Shown here piece by piece: positions 44,966 through 58,635 of a stretch of DNA of 64,000 nucleotides (the stretch's first letter is position 1; each line of letters starts with the position of its first letter). Below the pieces are notes generated by a model that was not told where the DNA came from, ran no database searches, and was given only the letters and a program-made list of their open reading frames with translations. A program made the position numbers and the translations under genes. Source of the DNA: the human T2T-CHM13v2.0 reference genome, Homo sapiens; the NCBI RefSeq assembly GCF_009914755.1, contig NC_060944.1; one strand, 5' to 3'.

Positions 44966-46119
44966 GCATGTTAAAGTCACTAAAAGGTCAAGTACTCAGA
45001 TTTTTGGGGTCTATAAGCCCACATTTTTAGGTGTAAACTAAACAAACAAACAAAAAACCAGGAAGCCAATGGTGCATTGGATGGTTGAAGTAACTAAATC
45101 AGTCCAATGCAACAAGCCAGCAGTCAATCCTTTCCTGTGTAGTTTTCATCACTCCTCACAGGGAGACCAGTGGCCTATGATAACAGTGCAATATTTATTC
45201 AGTTGCCCATTTTAATGGGCTTTGTGTCAATAGAGTTTTCTCCCCTGGGTTGAGTGGCCAGTGCACACCCCCTGCGGCAGATCACTTCCTGTTTGAAAAG
45301 TCCTGCTGGTCTGATCGTCTTCCTTAGGTGGAGCCAGTACCTGTCTCCTTATGGTTTCTCTGCTTCATCTGGTTCTCTATCCCTTAAGGCCCTAGAGAAC
45401 TAAGGATTATTCTTCCACCTTTGAAAGCCCTGTTAATATTATATTATCCTGGCTATTCTTTTTTAGATTAATCATTTTACTTTCTTCAGCTGATGCTCAT
45501 GACATGATTTTAAGTGTTGCTGTTATCCTGATCACTCTTATTTGGGTACGTGATAGTTTGTCTCAATTTCAATATTGAGAGTAATTGAGCACTAAATGCA
45601 TAAAGCCTCATCCTGTCACTTTTCCCGGCCACTGCTGTTAAGGCAGCCTAACATGAAATTAACATCATTTACAGCGATGGCACTCTGCTGCCTGCTCACA
45701 GCACTTACTCTTGACTAAGAATGCCTCCACTTGGGCTGTTAGTTTTTTGGAGCCAAATGTTATATGACCCTTACATATATCCTAGTTTAATTCTCTCTAG
45801 TTAGATTCCCTCTGAATCACAGAGGTCCAGTTTTAGAGTTTTGTTTTGTTTCCCAGATCCAGTTTTTGCTACCCCAGATATGCACTGTCCCCTTCTTTGC
45901 AGTGACATCCACCTATTTTGTGGGTATGTCCCCTATATATTCATCCATTCCAGTGCTGGAAATGCAGACCAAGACCAGGGTCGAGGAAAAAGTTGTTCAC
46001 CATCCCCATCCAGGTTGCTGTTTGGCCATTAATGGGTCCTGTGGTTATGGCTGTTTAACTGGTTATGAACCCACCTGTCATTTCATCCACTTCTATTTTT
46101 CTGTTGTTTTATTCACTAG

Positions 46120-46820
46120 GACTCATTTGTTCATAGATTCATTTCATTAATATTTATTGAGCTCCTACCATGTGCCAGGCCCTTTTGAAGGTAGAACTGT
46201 TAGGGTTTGTTAATAGATTGGATGTGTAATATGGGAGAAACAGAGGCATCAAAAATGACTCCAACGTTTTTGACCTGAACTGGAAGAATGGAGTTACAAT
46301 TAGTTACCATGTTTGAGGGTAAACATTAATAGTTTGGTTTTGAACCTGTTAAGTTGTAGATGTCTATTTGACTCCCAAGTGGAGATGCACAGTAGGCAAT
46401 TGGATATATGCCTCTGGAGGCGAGAGGGAGGTCTAGGCTACAGCAAAAAGACTAGGAGCTCTCAGCATGTAAACTGCCCAGTGTCTGAAACCTTGAGACT
46501 GATGAAAGTGCAGATGGAGGCAAGGAGAGGTCTAAGGACTGAGCCCTGGACTCTCTAGTGTTTAGAGGCCAAAGTGATGGGACAAGCCAGCAAAGGAGAC
46601 TGAGAAAGTGTGGCCAGTGAGGAGGGAGGAGAACGAGCAAAGCTGACTTCTGGTGTCCCAAGAAATCAAGGAAAGCAGGAAGTGAAAGAACCACTTTGTT
46701 AGATGGTGCTGAGGTAAAGTAGTATGAGGATCATGAACTGACCATTGGGCTTGGTGACATGCAGATCATTGGTAACCGTGACAGAAGCTGTTTTAGTGGA
46801 GTAATGTGAATAAAAGGATG
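46120..46820 (-). mobile_element. L2
   Basis: tatttattgagctcctaccatgtgccaggc...tggagatg...aggcaattggatat...aggactgagccctgg. Confidence 0.8.
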
Positions 46821-47333
46821 TCATGAGGAACTTCATTTGATTCCTGGCTGAGGTTCACGTGTGCTTTGTCAACTGCCTTCACCAGTCATGGCAGCTAAGA
46901 ATATTGTCAAAGAAGAAAATGAGGTTAGTTTTTCATAATTGGGGTTTTCTTCAGGCTCTCCCTTAGTAGTCTGTTATGGATGAAATGTATAGCTGTAAAA
47001 TCCATCTTTCTCTCCTTTTTGAAAAGTGCAGCATCATTTCTGTCTCTCTAGGTCCTCCAGGTAACTCTTGTGCTCCTCCTCATCCCAGTGGTCGAGCCAG
47101 GCTCTGGTGCCCTGGGATGGATTCCTCTGAGCCCAGTCATCTAACTCATTAAAGGATTTACATGCAGTTATATCTGTTCCTTAACTGTTTGGAGTTTACA
47201 GCCCCCTTTCTTTTCATTTCTGGCCTTTCCTTTCTGTTTCTTCCTAAGGCTCTCCCTTCATCCAGCAGGTAGATCTCTTTTTCCCTTTGGATTTTCATCA
47301 TCTTTATCATCCTAATTCAGAGGTGAATTTTGA

Positions 47334-47702
<369 letters not shown>

Positions 47703-47957
47703 TTTTTTTTTCTTTTTAAAGAAAATCATAATTTACACTAAAGGAATTATTTTCTTGTATTTATGATAAAATGGTGATTTTTTTACTTGTGAGTTTTACA
47801 GTTGAAATATATTCTGGTGAATATATTTCCTGTTGTATTACATGGTGAAACTTCATCAGGTATTTTTTTCTTCCTTTCTATTGTAACCTCAAAAAAAGTT
47901 CCTGTATTCTACAGAGAATGCTATGAGTATTCTTCCAGGATACAAGGGGGCCTGTAG

Positions 47958-48152
47958 CAGGGGCTCTTAAACTTCAGCATATGCCAGAATCACCTGGAGG
48001 GCTTGTTAAAACACCGGATCCTGGGCCCCTCTCTGTAATTGCTGATTGAGTAGGTCTGAGTAGGATCCAAGAATTTGCACATCAAATCAGCTTCAGGAGA
48101 TGCTGTGGCTGCTGGTACTCTGGGAACCGGCTGCTGGTACTCTGAGAACCGG
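47958..48152. mobile_element. MER5A with an internal 22-bp tandem duplication (48107-48150)
   Basis: agaatcacctggagggcttgttaaaac...; ggctgctggtactctg(g/a)gaacc twice. Confidence 0.85.
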
Positions 48153-49599
48153 TAGTCTAGGCTTGAGGCTCTAGTGGGTAAATATCCCTAAGGTCGTACA
48201 CACAGAGAGCTTTCCTGAACTAGCAGAGCCAGGATGGTAAGTGTGGCCAAGGGTACAAACAGGCCTAGCACTTGACTTTGTTGGGGCTCTCCAAGGTTCT
48301 GGTAACCCTGAGCCCTGAAATAGTAGAAACTCCTCATTCTGAGGTTGTGTTTTAGTTTGCAGCCACATACTTCAATGCTGTTTTGTCTCCTGTAAAGGTC
48401 ACACTTAGCCCTATCTTTGGCCTGTCAAAGTTGACACCCGCTTTAAAAGAGTAAATGTGTAGCCCCCTTGATACACAGTACTCATTCTGTGACACAGCTG
48501 TACATTAAAAAACAAAAAACAAAGCAGTACTCATACAATGCTAATACCCCAGAAAAAATTAAATGACAGCTGGATTGAGCAGAGAGTACCTGTCATAGCT
48601 TTATCTGGCAAGTCCTTTGTTGTATTAGAAAGTAAATGAGAAGATTCCAGGGAAAAATTACCACTGTGGGGGGGATTCCTTAAATTATTTTACCTATAAA
48701 CAAATAAACTGAATTCCTCTAAGTCATCCAGAATCCCCAAAGTATTTATCAAAGACACTTTGGTTCCACCCACAGAGGTAGGAAAATTATGCTACCTGTC
48801 TTTCCTCTTCCTTCCTGCTTCAAGAAATCTCCCTCCAAAACTGGCCACCCTTTAGAACAATCTGCCAACCTAGATGTTGATTACTAGGGGAATATTTACA
48901 GGGGTTTTCTTTGACTCATATGTAGTTTGTCATAAATTCCTCTAACTCATAAACTGAAAAGCTTTTCTTTCATGTCAGGATTCTTCACAAATATTAAAGA
49001 ATATTTTCTAACATGTTAATTCTTAGTTTAAAATCAAAGCCACATTCCAATGCCTCATGATCACACATGTTAGATCAAGTAGTGGACAAAATTTGTGGGT
49101 GCTGATATTCCTGTTGTTTCCCATACTCCTGTTTCAGATTATAGATGCCATAATTGATCCAGAACATGCTCCTGACCAGCATAAATGTCACTAAATATGA
49201 GTGATGCTTGTTTCCCAGCCACTTTGCACCCTCTCAAGTCAGGGGCCTTACGGACGAGTACATTGCAGTTTCTGTCAGGTTGTCTTTTCATTTCATGTGC
49301 TCTCTTGCAGAAATATGTAAGAGGAGAGTTCATAGTTTTACTTGTAATGTGGTGTGATTACAAGCCATCTGCTCTTTTTCGTAGAAGCAGTGTGTGGCCG
49401 GAGTAAAACCGTGCAGAAGAATTATGAGGCATTTATTGGCTCTTAATAGGAATAGGTGGAAACCTCTGCCCTACCTATCTGTAAATCTTATGGAACTAAC
49501 AGTTCAGAATTCATTTGAAAGTCTTTGGAATTTAAGACAAATTCTACCTTTGGAGAAAAAAAAGAGAAAAGCAGCCAATATTTCTTCCTTGAGCCCTTT

Positions 49600-49800
49600 G
49601 TATGGCTGGCATGGTGCAGAAGCCTCATGCCCACATTGTCTCATGTCATCCTCAAAATAAAACCATGATGTAGTTTTCATTGCTATCTCCATTTTATGTT
49701 GGAGGAACTTAACCTGTGTCTCAGAGCCACTGAGGCTCAGGGCTAGGATTTGAAGTCAGGTCTGTGCTGAACCAGGCCACTGTTTTACTCATTGCCACAC
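49600..49800 (-). mobile_element. MIR
   Basis: tatctccattttatgttggaggaact...ctaggatttgaagtcaggtctg. Confidence 0.65.
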
Positions 49801-51183
49801 CTGCTGTGTCTATGCCACTGACCAGTCGACTGAGGGAAGGTACCTGCAGGTTTATACTTGAAATAATCATGTCCTGAAAACCATTAGGGAGGGTCTAAAG
49901 AAATGAAATCAGTTCTCATCTTTCGAAGGGACCCCCAGAGAGCCTATTCCCAAATGTATTCTTCATGCAGTGATGGCTTTGAGAGTTTGTGATTCAGCCT
50001 GGAATTCTACCCCAGGGTCCCAGGGGCATATGTTAAATTTAAGTAGCCCTTCATAATAACATGGTTGACCATTGCTTTATTCCACGCAGTACTTTGCCTC
50101 CCATCTCAAATCTTACCCAGGGAGACTGTGAGCCACCCTACAGCACTCTGGGTCAAAACTCAAAACTCTTTCTCAGTAGGATACCAGAGATGATTTACTG
50201 AAGGACATCACAGCCTCTTATTTGATTTTCTCCTCCTTTTAGAAGCTGCTGTCAAAGTCATTTGTTCTGCTTTTCCCTCATCTTTCTTTCTCTTTCCTTT
50301 GTGTTTTTATCTTTGTAGAATCCTTCCCCAACCATAGTAATAAATCTGTTGTGGAAAACAAGTGACTGGGAAGTTACACATCCTTGACCTGTAGTCAGAG
50401 GTCCCACAACAGACACTGAACAGGAGACAGGAGCTCCCTCCCCTCCTGAGTCCTTTTCACCTCAGACAAGTCACACTCTCCCAAGCATCCCTTTAACCCG
50501 AAAAACTCAAGCTTAAAGAACTAGTCATCCATTTGCAACCAAGGAAGTTTCCTTTAATTGGTCTGGATTCACATTGTCAACCAGGGCTTTGTACTTGCAT
50601 CTTGTTCTGCCTGATTGACTGGAAAGTGGGGAAATAGCCATTCCAATTCACGAGTGACAGTATTCTGTGCATACCTGGGGCAACCTTAGTTGTAAACCAT
50701 TAGCTTGATTCTGCAGTGTTTTTTTTCCTGCGTTCAGGGTGCAGGTGAGAGGGAGGTAATCCCTCCTAGAGAGAGAATAAGCCAGCCACTTAATTTTCAT
50801 CACTGATATATGTTTTCACTTAACAAACACTCTTCACGACCATCTGTGTGCCAGACCCAGTACTAGACATTGACAACCCAAAGGTAACAGAAGGCAGCTC
50901 CTCCACAAAGGCCACCTGGTGGATGGCCCATAGTGGACTGACAGAGGACAGTATGAGGTGCTAGTCTCAGTGTGACACTTTTATAACCTCCACAGGAGGA
51001 CAGACACTATGTGTGCAGGTAGAATCCAAGTAAATGGTTGCAAACCAAAATGACCAGGAGATGAGATCTTAAAGGGAAGGCACCTTGAAGGCAATTTAGT
51101 TCAGTCCACTCATTTTGTATATAGGGAAACTGACAGTAGAGAAAGGAGGTGGTTCAACGCCTCCTAAACTGGGGCATTATTAG

Positions 51184-51554
<371 letters not shown>

Positions 51555-51729
51555 TCTCCAGGCCTTCTTTGTGTGTTATGATCTCATATTCAGGCTGTGT
51601 CTAATTCTGTTACTGAGATTATGGAGTGTTCCTTGTACCCCACCTGACAAGTATTGCCAGGTTGGCAAGGCACCGCACCAAACAAAACCCAGTCATGATC
51701 ACCAGCGATCTCCTAAAAGAGAAAGAGTG

Positions 51730-51880
51730 CTTTTAAATTTCTCAGTGTTTCCAGAACGCCAAGGGGTAATAGTTTCTGCTTTGTGAGTTGTCACGAGAAT
51801 TAAATGCAATAATGTACAGAAAGGGCTTGACACCAAGTCTGGCACACAAGCGCTCCATGAATCTTATTGTTATTGCCAGC
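51730..51880 (+). mobile_element. MIR fragment
   Basis: gagttgtcacgagaattaaatg...aatgtacagaaagggctt...tctggcaca. Confidence 0.65.
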
Positions 51881-52330
51881 TTGTTCACCATTAGTAGATT
51901 TTTGCAATTGGACTAAATATATAGCATATTCCAACAGAATGACTCTTTATTCTCCCATCTCCTGACCTGTCTGCTAGTTTACTGAGTATGCCATCCAAAA
52001 GGTATGCTGGTTCCCTTTCTTATATGTAAACTACAAGCTTGGATTTCCTGGGCCAGTGTTTCACGTGAGTAACTGGCCAAGGGAATTCAATTGACAACAC
52101 ACTTGCATTGACTTTTCTTCAGCTTTTAACTCTCTGGATAGGGATTCTTAATGTTAGGAGACTTCTCTTCTACCCTCACAGCTCTACCCCACCTCTTGCA
52201 GGGTTTATTGCTGTCATCCTCTGCTGCATTCTTTTCTTTCCCCTCTTCACCTTTTCTTTTCCCTAACCACCCCTCCCACCTCGTTCTTTCTACAGTGAGG
52301 CTTTCACTGCCTCACTGCACTTGTGTTTCA

Positions 52331-52366
52331 GCATGGGGCCCTACAGTGGCATGGGGCCCTACAGTG
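52331..52366. repeat. Perfect 18-bp tandem duplication
   Basis: GCATGGGGCCCTACAGTG twice. Confidence 0.95.
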
Positions 52367-52659
52367 AGCTCTCCGTATCTGTGTTGGAATGGAATCAGAC
52401 ATGGAATCAGGCTGCCCAGGGAAAGGAGCTGTGGGACCCTGTTGAGAATCCCTGGTGCAGTCACCAGGCACTAAGGCGTAGGCTGTTTTAGGGCACACTT
52501 GGCTGCCATTGCTCACCTAGAGGGGATAGGGGCCAGCTCCCAAATAAAGGGGAGTGGGTTCCAGGCTAGACAGCCTAAACGTGCTCCCACATGAGGCTGG
52601 AAGTGTGTCCTGAGTAGCCTTCCACAGGGGTTAAATTTCCTCAGAGTAATGTCTGGCAA

Positions 52660-52870
52660 TGTGGAGTCTCTCAGATCTGGATTTGATTCCTGGGTCTGGC
52701 ACTCACTGCCTGTGTAATCTTGGACTAGACCTTCCCGAATTCAGCTTCCTTATCTACGAAATGCAAATAATCATTGTGCTCCTTCACCAGAGTGGCAAGG
52801 ATTTAATTGAATGCTCTGAGTAAAACTTAGCACAGTGCCTGGAACATAGGTGCTCTGTAAATGGCAATCA
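52660..52870 (+). mobile_element. MIR
   Basis: ctggatttgattcctggg...tgtgtaatcttgg...cagcttccttatct...ttagcacagtgcctggaacatagg. Confidence 0.8.
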
Positions 52871-53729
52871 ATATTTTAAACTGTGATTGTTTAATCACAT
52901 CACTATAAAATTTTGCATTGTAAGATATATGCAGTTTGTGGTAATATGAAAATATTTAATATGTTTTCTAGAACTTTTTTGTAAAATTCACACTCCAGGA
53001 AGAAAATTTCCATGTCTTCTGAGGAAGCCTTTAGGAGAAACTCTTTCTAGCTGTAGTATCAGAAATGATTCAGTTATCCTCAGCATGAATTCCTTCTCAT
53101 CTTCTTGACTCTGATTGGTGCTGTATTTTTCACATTTGTACCTAGGAATCTCAGAGCCAGATGTTGCAGAGACTTGGGACTATGGTGGGAATTTCGTGCA
53201 GGCCTATCATCGGTTTCATCTTATGTTTTTACCCTTGTTTGCTTTTACTTATTCTCCCCATTTTTAATCTTTGCCTCGTTACTTGAAGCTGCCTTATACC
53301 CTCAATGCCAGGTAGGTGTAAAATGCCAATGACGATTTGTGTGGCTTCTCAGCGACAGACCCATGTATGTAAGCTGCCTCTGGAAACCCAGTGGGCGTGG
53401 TAGAAACGGACCACATGCCTTGGGCCTCACCCTTGTCCTTCCTCTCCCTCACACCCAACCACATCCTCTTACTTCTGTCTTCTGAGTGTCCCTCAAATGT
53501 GCCCCTTCCCCTTCACCTCGAGATCACCTTGCTTGATCTCTTATTTGGGTTCCTGCAGTGGCTTTGAACCTGTCTGCCTGGCTCCAGTGATTTCCCCTTG
53601 CCCGCCCATGCTCCACACTCCTACCCAAGAGAGCCCTCCAGCCCACCAGCCTCCTCAGCCTGTCCAGGGCCCCTCTGTGGCCTGAGCCTTCCTGCCCTAT
53701 TGGCCCCATCTGCCAGCAATGCCCTGTGT

Positions 53730-55150
53730 TTCTGCATTGAGACTCTTTTCCGTCTCCAAAGCACGCGAGCTCTTTCTCTGCATGGGGCGTTATTCATTTT
53801 TCCTTCTGCACTCCTTTCCCTGTTCCTCAGTACTTGACTGCGACACCACCTCCCCTTCCCTCACCTTCCTCAGGCAGAGCTGTCACTCCGCTCCCTCTGG
53901 TACTTGGGTATGTGCCGTGGTCACACATGCCACAGTGCCCAGCTGCTGCCCCTCCCTCTCTCAGGGCCTGGCTAGTGCCCCTGTGAAACTCAGCAGGTGT
54001 TTCAGATGATCAATGAGTGCATGAGAGAATGTGGGGACCTTTCTACATCTCTTAAGAGTTCTGAGTCTGCTCCAGAGATGGCTTTGTGGGTGAGAAATGT
54101 TAATATTTTCACCTTTATTCTTATATTTAATGTAAACACAGAAGACAAGACCTCCCACCTCCGAGGACTTGGAAATAGTGTGAGTTGCACCTCTGGAATT
54201 CTTAGGAAAGAGATAGGAAAAATAACCAACACGTTCAGTTGGCAGTGAGTTTCCAGTGAAGTAATCCTAAGATTCTTGTATTCCCATTTCACGAAATATG
54301 AAAAATGACTGCTTGTTGTTGCTGATGGCAGAGTTGTCGCTACTCCAGAATAGGGAGAGAGGAAGTTGTTCTATGATGTATCAGTGCACTGGGCCGAATA
54401 GTAACGGCTTGGTCCCTGGAAAGGGCTTAGAGCTCTCCCTTTGCAGACAAGGCTGTGATTTGCCCAATTCTTGGGGCTAACTTGTTCTGTCATTTGTTTT
54501 TTTCATTTGTCTTCCTTTCATTAAATATTAAGTATTCACTGAGGGCTGGTAGTGTGTTGGTCACTGGGGATGCAAGATTGGCAGAGGTATAGACCTGTCT
54601 CCATGGCTTATAGCCTAGGATGGGGGCCCTACATGGACCAGTCACTTAATGTAGAAATAAATAATCACATGAAGAATGGGCTGGTCCAGAGCAGGGAAAG
54701 AGAAACTGTTCAGAATAGCTTCACAGAGTTGACCACACTCCTGCTAGGGTTCGAGGATGCATAGGATCTCAACAAGCATGGAAGCAGCGAGGCAAGTTGT
54801 AATGTAAGCCAAGGATGAAAACGTCAGGTGCAGGAGACAAAGACATGGGCCTCATTAGAGCTTGTGAGTTGCTGCTCTGAGCTGCAGCAGGAGTGGACTG
54901 ATCCGATTTATAGGTTAGAGATTTCCCAGATATGCATTGAGGGTTCATCCAGGACACCAACAGAAGTGACTGTAATCTTCCAAGTGGGAGAAGATAGGAG
55001 CAGCAGAGCAAGAGAGAAGTGTGTGTGAGAACGCTCTAAAAAATTAAAATGGACAAGATGCGTGACTGATTCTGGAGGGTTAGGGGAAGGGAGGAGTTGG
55101 GGGTGACACCCCTGTTGTTGGCTGAATCCTCTGGGTGGAGGGGATAGAAG
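53730..55150. mobile_element. L2 fragments (+ at ~53730-54030, - at ~54500-55150)
   Basis: Degenerate L2 phrases; boundaries rough. Confidence 0.5.
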
Positions 55151-56019
55151 CCAGACCAGACCCTGGCTGGGGGACTCGCAGCCCAGTGCATGCAATGTGA
55201 AGCTATTCCTAGCAGCCTGATGGTTGCTCAAGAGGTGGCTTGGCCTCTGCAGAGTGACCAGTTCTGGGCTGAGAAAGAAGTGATGGTTACCATGTTGCTT
55301 CTCTCAGAAGAAAGCTGGAGAGTTGATCTTCTGAGACTAGAAATAACCTTCTCCTAATTAGGAGGAGGAGAAAGGGAGGCTGTGCTGCTGGCAGTGTAAG
55401 AAGCTTTCTTTTCTTTTTTTTTTCTTTTTTTTTTTCACTTCTGTTTTCTCATGAGTGACAAGAAGCAAAGCTTTGAGAGCAGGGAACTTTGGAAAGGCAG
55501 AATACCTCTGCCTAGTGTGGGAGGGAGTTGAGAGAGCTCAGAACTGCAGGCTGCAGAGGGAGAGCCCCCTGCGGGGGAGGGGACTGCCTGCCAAACAGTG
55601 GAGGCTTCCAGAAACCCCAGGAAAGTCTGCTCACCACAGTAAGATTTGACAATTTATTTTTCTAAAAAGAGACATTCTACTCAATCTGTTTATTTTCAAA
55701 CTTAGACTAGGTTATTTGTGATCAAAGTCACAAAATGGTGAGAAAAATACCAAATTGGACCTTACTATTAGGTTAATTCTTCAGCAAGCTGCTGTTACAG
55801 TATCAATTCAAGTTGCTTAAGCTTAAGATTCCCCTCCCCCCACCCCCTTTTTTTTTTTAAAGAATTAGTTTTGCGGTGGTAGGAGGGTTACAAGAAAAAA
55901 AAACAATTAGTTTTGCTAATGAAAAGGTAGCAGTGAACTTGGTTTAGATTAAAAAATCAGGAAAGAGCACCTGTAGGAACCTGCAATAAAATGTGTTGAG
56001 ACATGTTTTACCGCTTTGG

Positions 56020-56840
56020 AAGGGCTTTTATTCCAGAATCCTTGGAACTTCAATGGGCCTGTGATTGAATTCAGAGGCCAGTGAACTTGCATGGGAAAAA
56101 GTTACGTCTTTATTGTGATCAAGTTCTAGTAAATTTAGTTTTCCTTTTTATTATGAACGTGGGATTCATAATCAAAATATGAATAATATTAGCAGTATTT
56201 GTCACCATTAGAAATTATAGCTCTTTTCATATTACATTAAGGTTGTTGCAGATAATGAAGATATCATTTATGCTTATCGCCACTTCAGATTTGTAGTAGT
56301 ACTAGATCCATCACTATGTGACAAGACCCAATGCCTTAATAAACAAGGACATACATTCCTATGTCTCAAATTTTTCTTTCGTTAAGATAACTGTACTTCA
56401 GTGTAATTGGTTTTCTTGTTAATCCTATGTGTTGTGTTTCATGCATTTAAAAATATTATTCTGAGCAACTTTCATCAGCTTCACAGTTGGCTAAATAAGT
56501 CCATGGCACAGGAAAGGTTAATATTCCGTGGCTAAGATCCTGTAGTTGTGGCATGCGACCTCCACCTGGTGGCAGCATACTCCTTAAAGGTTAAATTCTG
56601 TAACCAACAGTTGAGAAGGACTTTAACAGTATACTTGAGTGGTTTTCAAACATTTTTTATTACAACCCACAATAAGAAATAGGCTTTCCATCATAACTGA
56701 GTACACACTTACTTACATTTCACAAAACAATTCTTGATCTAACCATATGACACATTGATATTTTGTATTGCATTCTAATATTATCTTCAGTTCTCTTTCA
56801 TTAAAATAAAATGCTGGTTGCAACACACTAAACTGTAACA
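56020..56840. mobile_element. hAT-Charlie-type DNA transposon fragments (~56020-56530 and 56638-56840)
   Basis: gtccatggcacaggaaaggttaa terminus; agtggttttcaaac...acccacaataagaaat...aatgctggttgcaacacactaaa. Confidence 0.55.
56559..56577 (+). promoter_or_regulatory. Candidate CTCF site
   Basis: cctCCACCTGGTGGCAGCA is close to the CTCF core CCASYAGRKGGCRS; motif match only. Confidence 0.45.
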
Positions 56841-56999
56841 CACTAAAGTGCACTCTTTTACATCGTAGGAAACCATCTTTCAACATGCTTCACAGTTTAT
56901 TACCTGGTAAACTTCATTTGGGTCTCCCACACATTTTCAGGGACGTAATACCTACATTTTAAATAACTGCCAACAAGTATGAGTGCATTTTACACAGTG

Positions 57000-58190
57000 T
57001 TTAAAAATTGTTTATTATTGATGTATAATTTAAATATAGTGAAAGGAACTGATTGCAGTGTATACATAACATACCCCATCAAGATACAGAATAGTCTTAT
57101 CACATACAAAGTTCCTTTGTGACAGTTCTCACCCAGTTTTTTACCCCCCTGGGAAATTACTGTTTTGATTCCTTTCATCACACGTTGATTTTGCTGTTTT
57201 AGAATTATATATAGATGGAACCATACAGTATATGTTATTTTGGTCTGGTTTCTTTTGCTCAACCTAATGTTTTTGAGATGAATACATGTTGAGTCTATCG
57301 GTAGTGTGGTGAGTAGTGTTCCCTTGCATGAATATGGCACAATTTGTTCTCTTGTTGTAGACTTTTGGGTTGTCTTCACGTTGGGTTATTATAAATAAAA
57401 CTTCCATGAATATTTGCATACAAGTCTTTGTGTGCACATATACTTCATCTCTCTTGAGTAAACACCTGGGAAGGAATCATTGGCTCAGTTGATAAGTAAA
57501 TGTACGTTTAGCTACAGGAAACTGACAAACCCATTTGCCAGAGTGGTTAGACCATCTTACATTTCCACTGGGAAAGTATGAGAGTCTGGGTTGTTCCATA
57601 TCCTTACCAACATTTCATGTTATGTCAGTCTTTTTAACTGTAGTCATTCTGGTGGGTATTGTAGTTGTATCTCTTGGTGGTTTTAATTTTAATTTGCCTG
57701 ATGACTAATGATATTGAACACTTTTTTCATTTTCTTATTAGCCATTCATTTATCCTATTTGTGAAGTGTCTATTCAAACTCAGGTTTTTTGTTTTGCTTT
57801 TTTTAAAAATATCAGTTTGTAGGAGTTCTTTACATATTTTGGGTACCAGTCCTTTTTGCCAGATACATGTATTTTTGAATACATAAATACATTTCTCCCA
57901 GTCTGTAACATACCTATTTATTTTATTAGTGGTGCTTTTTTCGTTAACAGAAATTTTTAATTTTGAAAATTTAACAATTTTACAACTATTTTTCTCAATA
58001 TTTGGTGCTTTCTGGATCCTAAGAAATCTTTTCCTATTCCAAAGATCAGGAAGATAGTTTTGGCTTTTTTGTCTAGGTGTGTGATCCATCTCAAATTAAA
58101 TTTTGTATATAGCGTGAGGTAGGTGTCAAGTTTCACTTTATATTTACATCTGATGGTCTAACCATTTGTTGAAACTACTTTCCTTTCACT
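57000..58190 (-). mobile_element. Old L1 (L1MC/MD-like) 3' region
   Basis: tttattgatgtataattta...ctggtttcttttgctcaac...tttgcctgatgactaatgatattgaac...ttcctattccaaagatca. Confidence 0.85.
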
Positions 58191-58424
58191 GTTGATATAT
58201 AGGACAGAATTTAAAAAAAAAAAAACAAAACTGTCCAGCCAAGGAAGTGAAAAAACTGAACCTCTGAGTCTCATAAACCGAATCTCTGGGTCTCTCAGAC
58301 CATCCCCAACCTTGGTGTCCCATTCCTTACCAAATTAGTTTGTTCACAGTTATCTTGTGATTCTCAGAAATTACTTCACTCATATGTGAGGATTTATAAG
58401 GCAACAACTTTTCACAGGGTCTGT

Positions 58425-58635
58425 AACTGTGCTATCCAGTATGGAACCACTAGCTACATGTAGCTACTTAAATTTAATTTAAATTTTATTAAAAATGTAG
58501 CTTATCAGTTACAATAGCCACATTTTAAGTGCTCAGCAGCCACATATGGCCACATACGGCCACATATGGCTATCTTATTGAACAGCATATATATAGAATA
58601 TTTCCATTATTTTCTAAAGTGCTGGACAGCGCTAG
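58425..58635. mobile_element. MER3/MER33-like, with a 10-bp triplication (58539-58570)
   Basis: ccactagctacatgtagcta...atagccacattttaagtgctc; gccacata(t/c)g three times. Confidence 0.82.
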
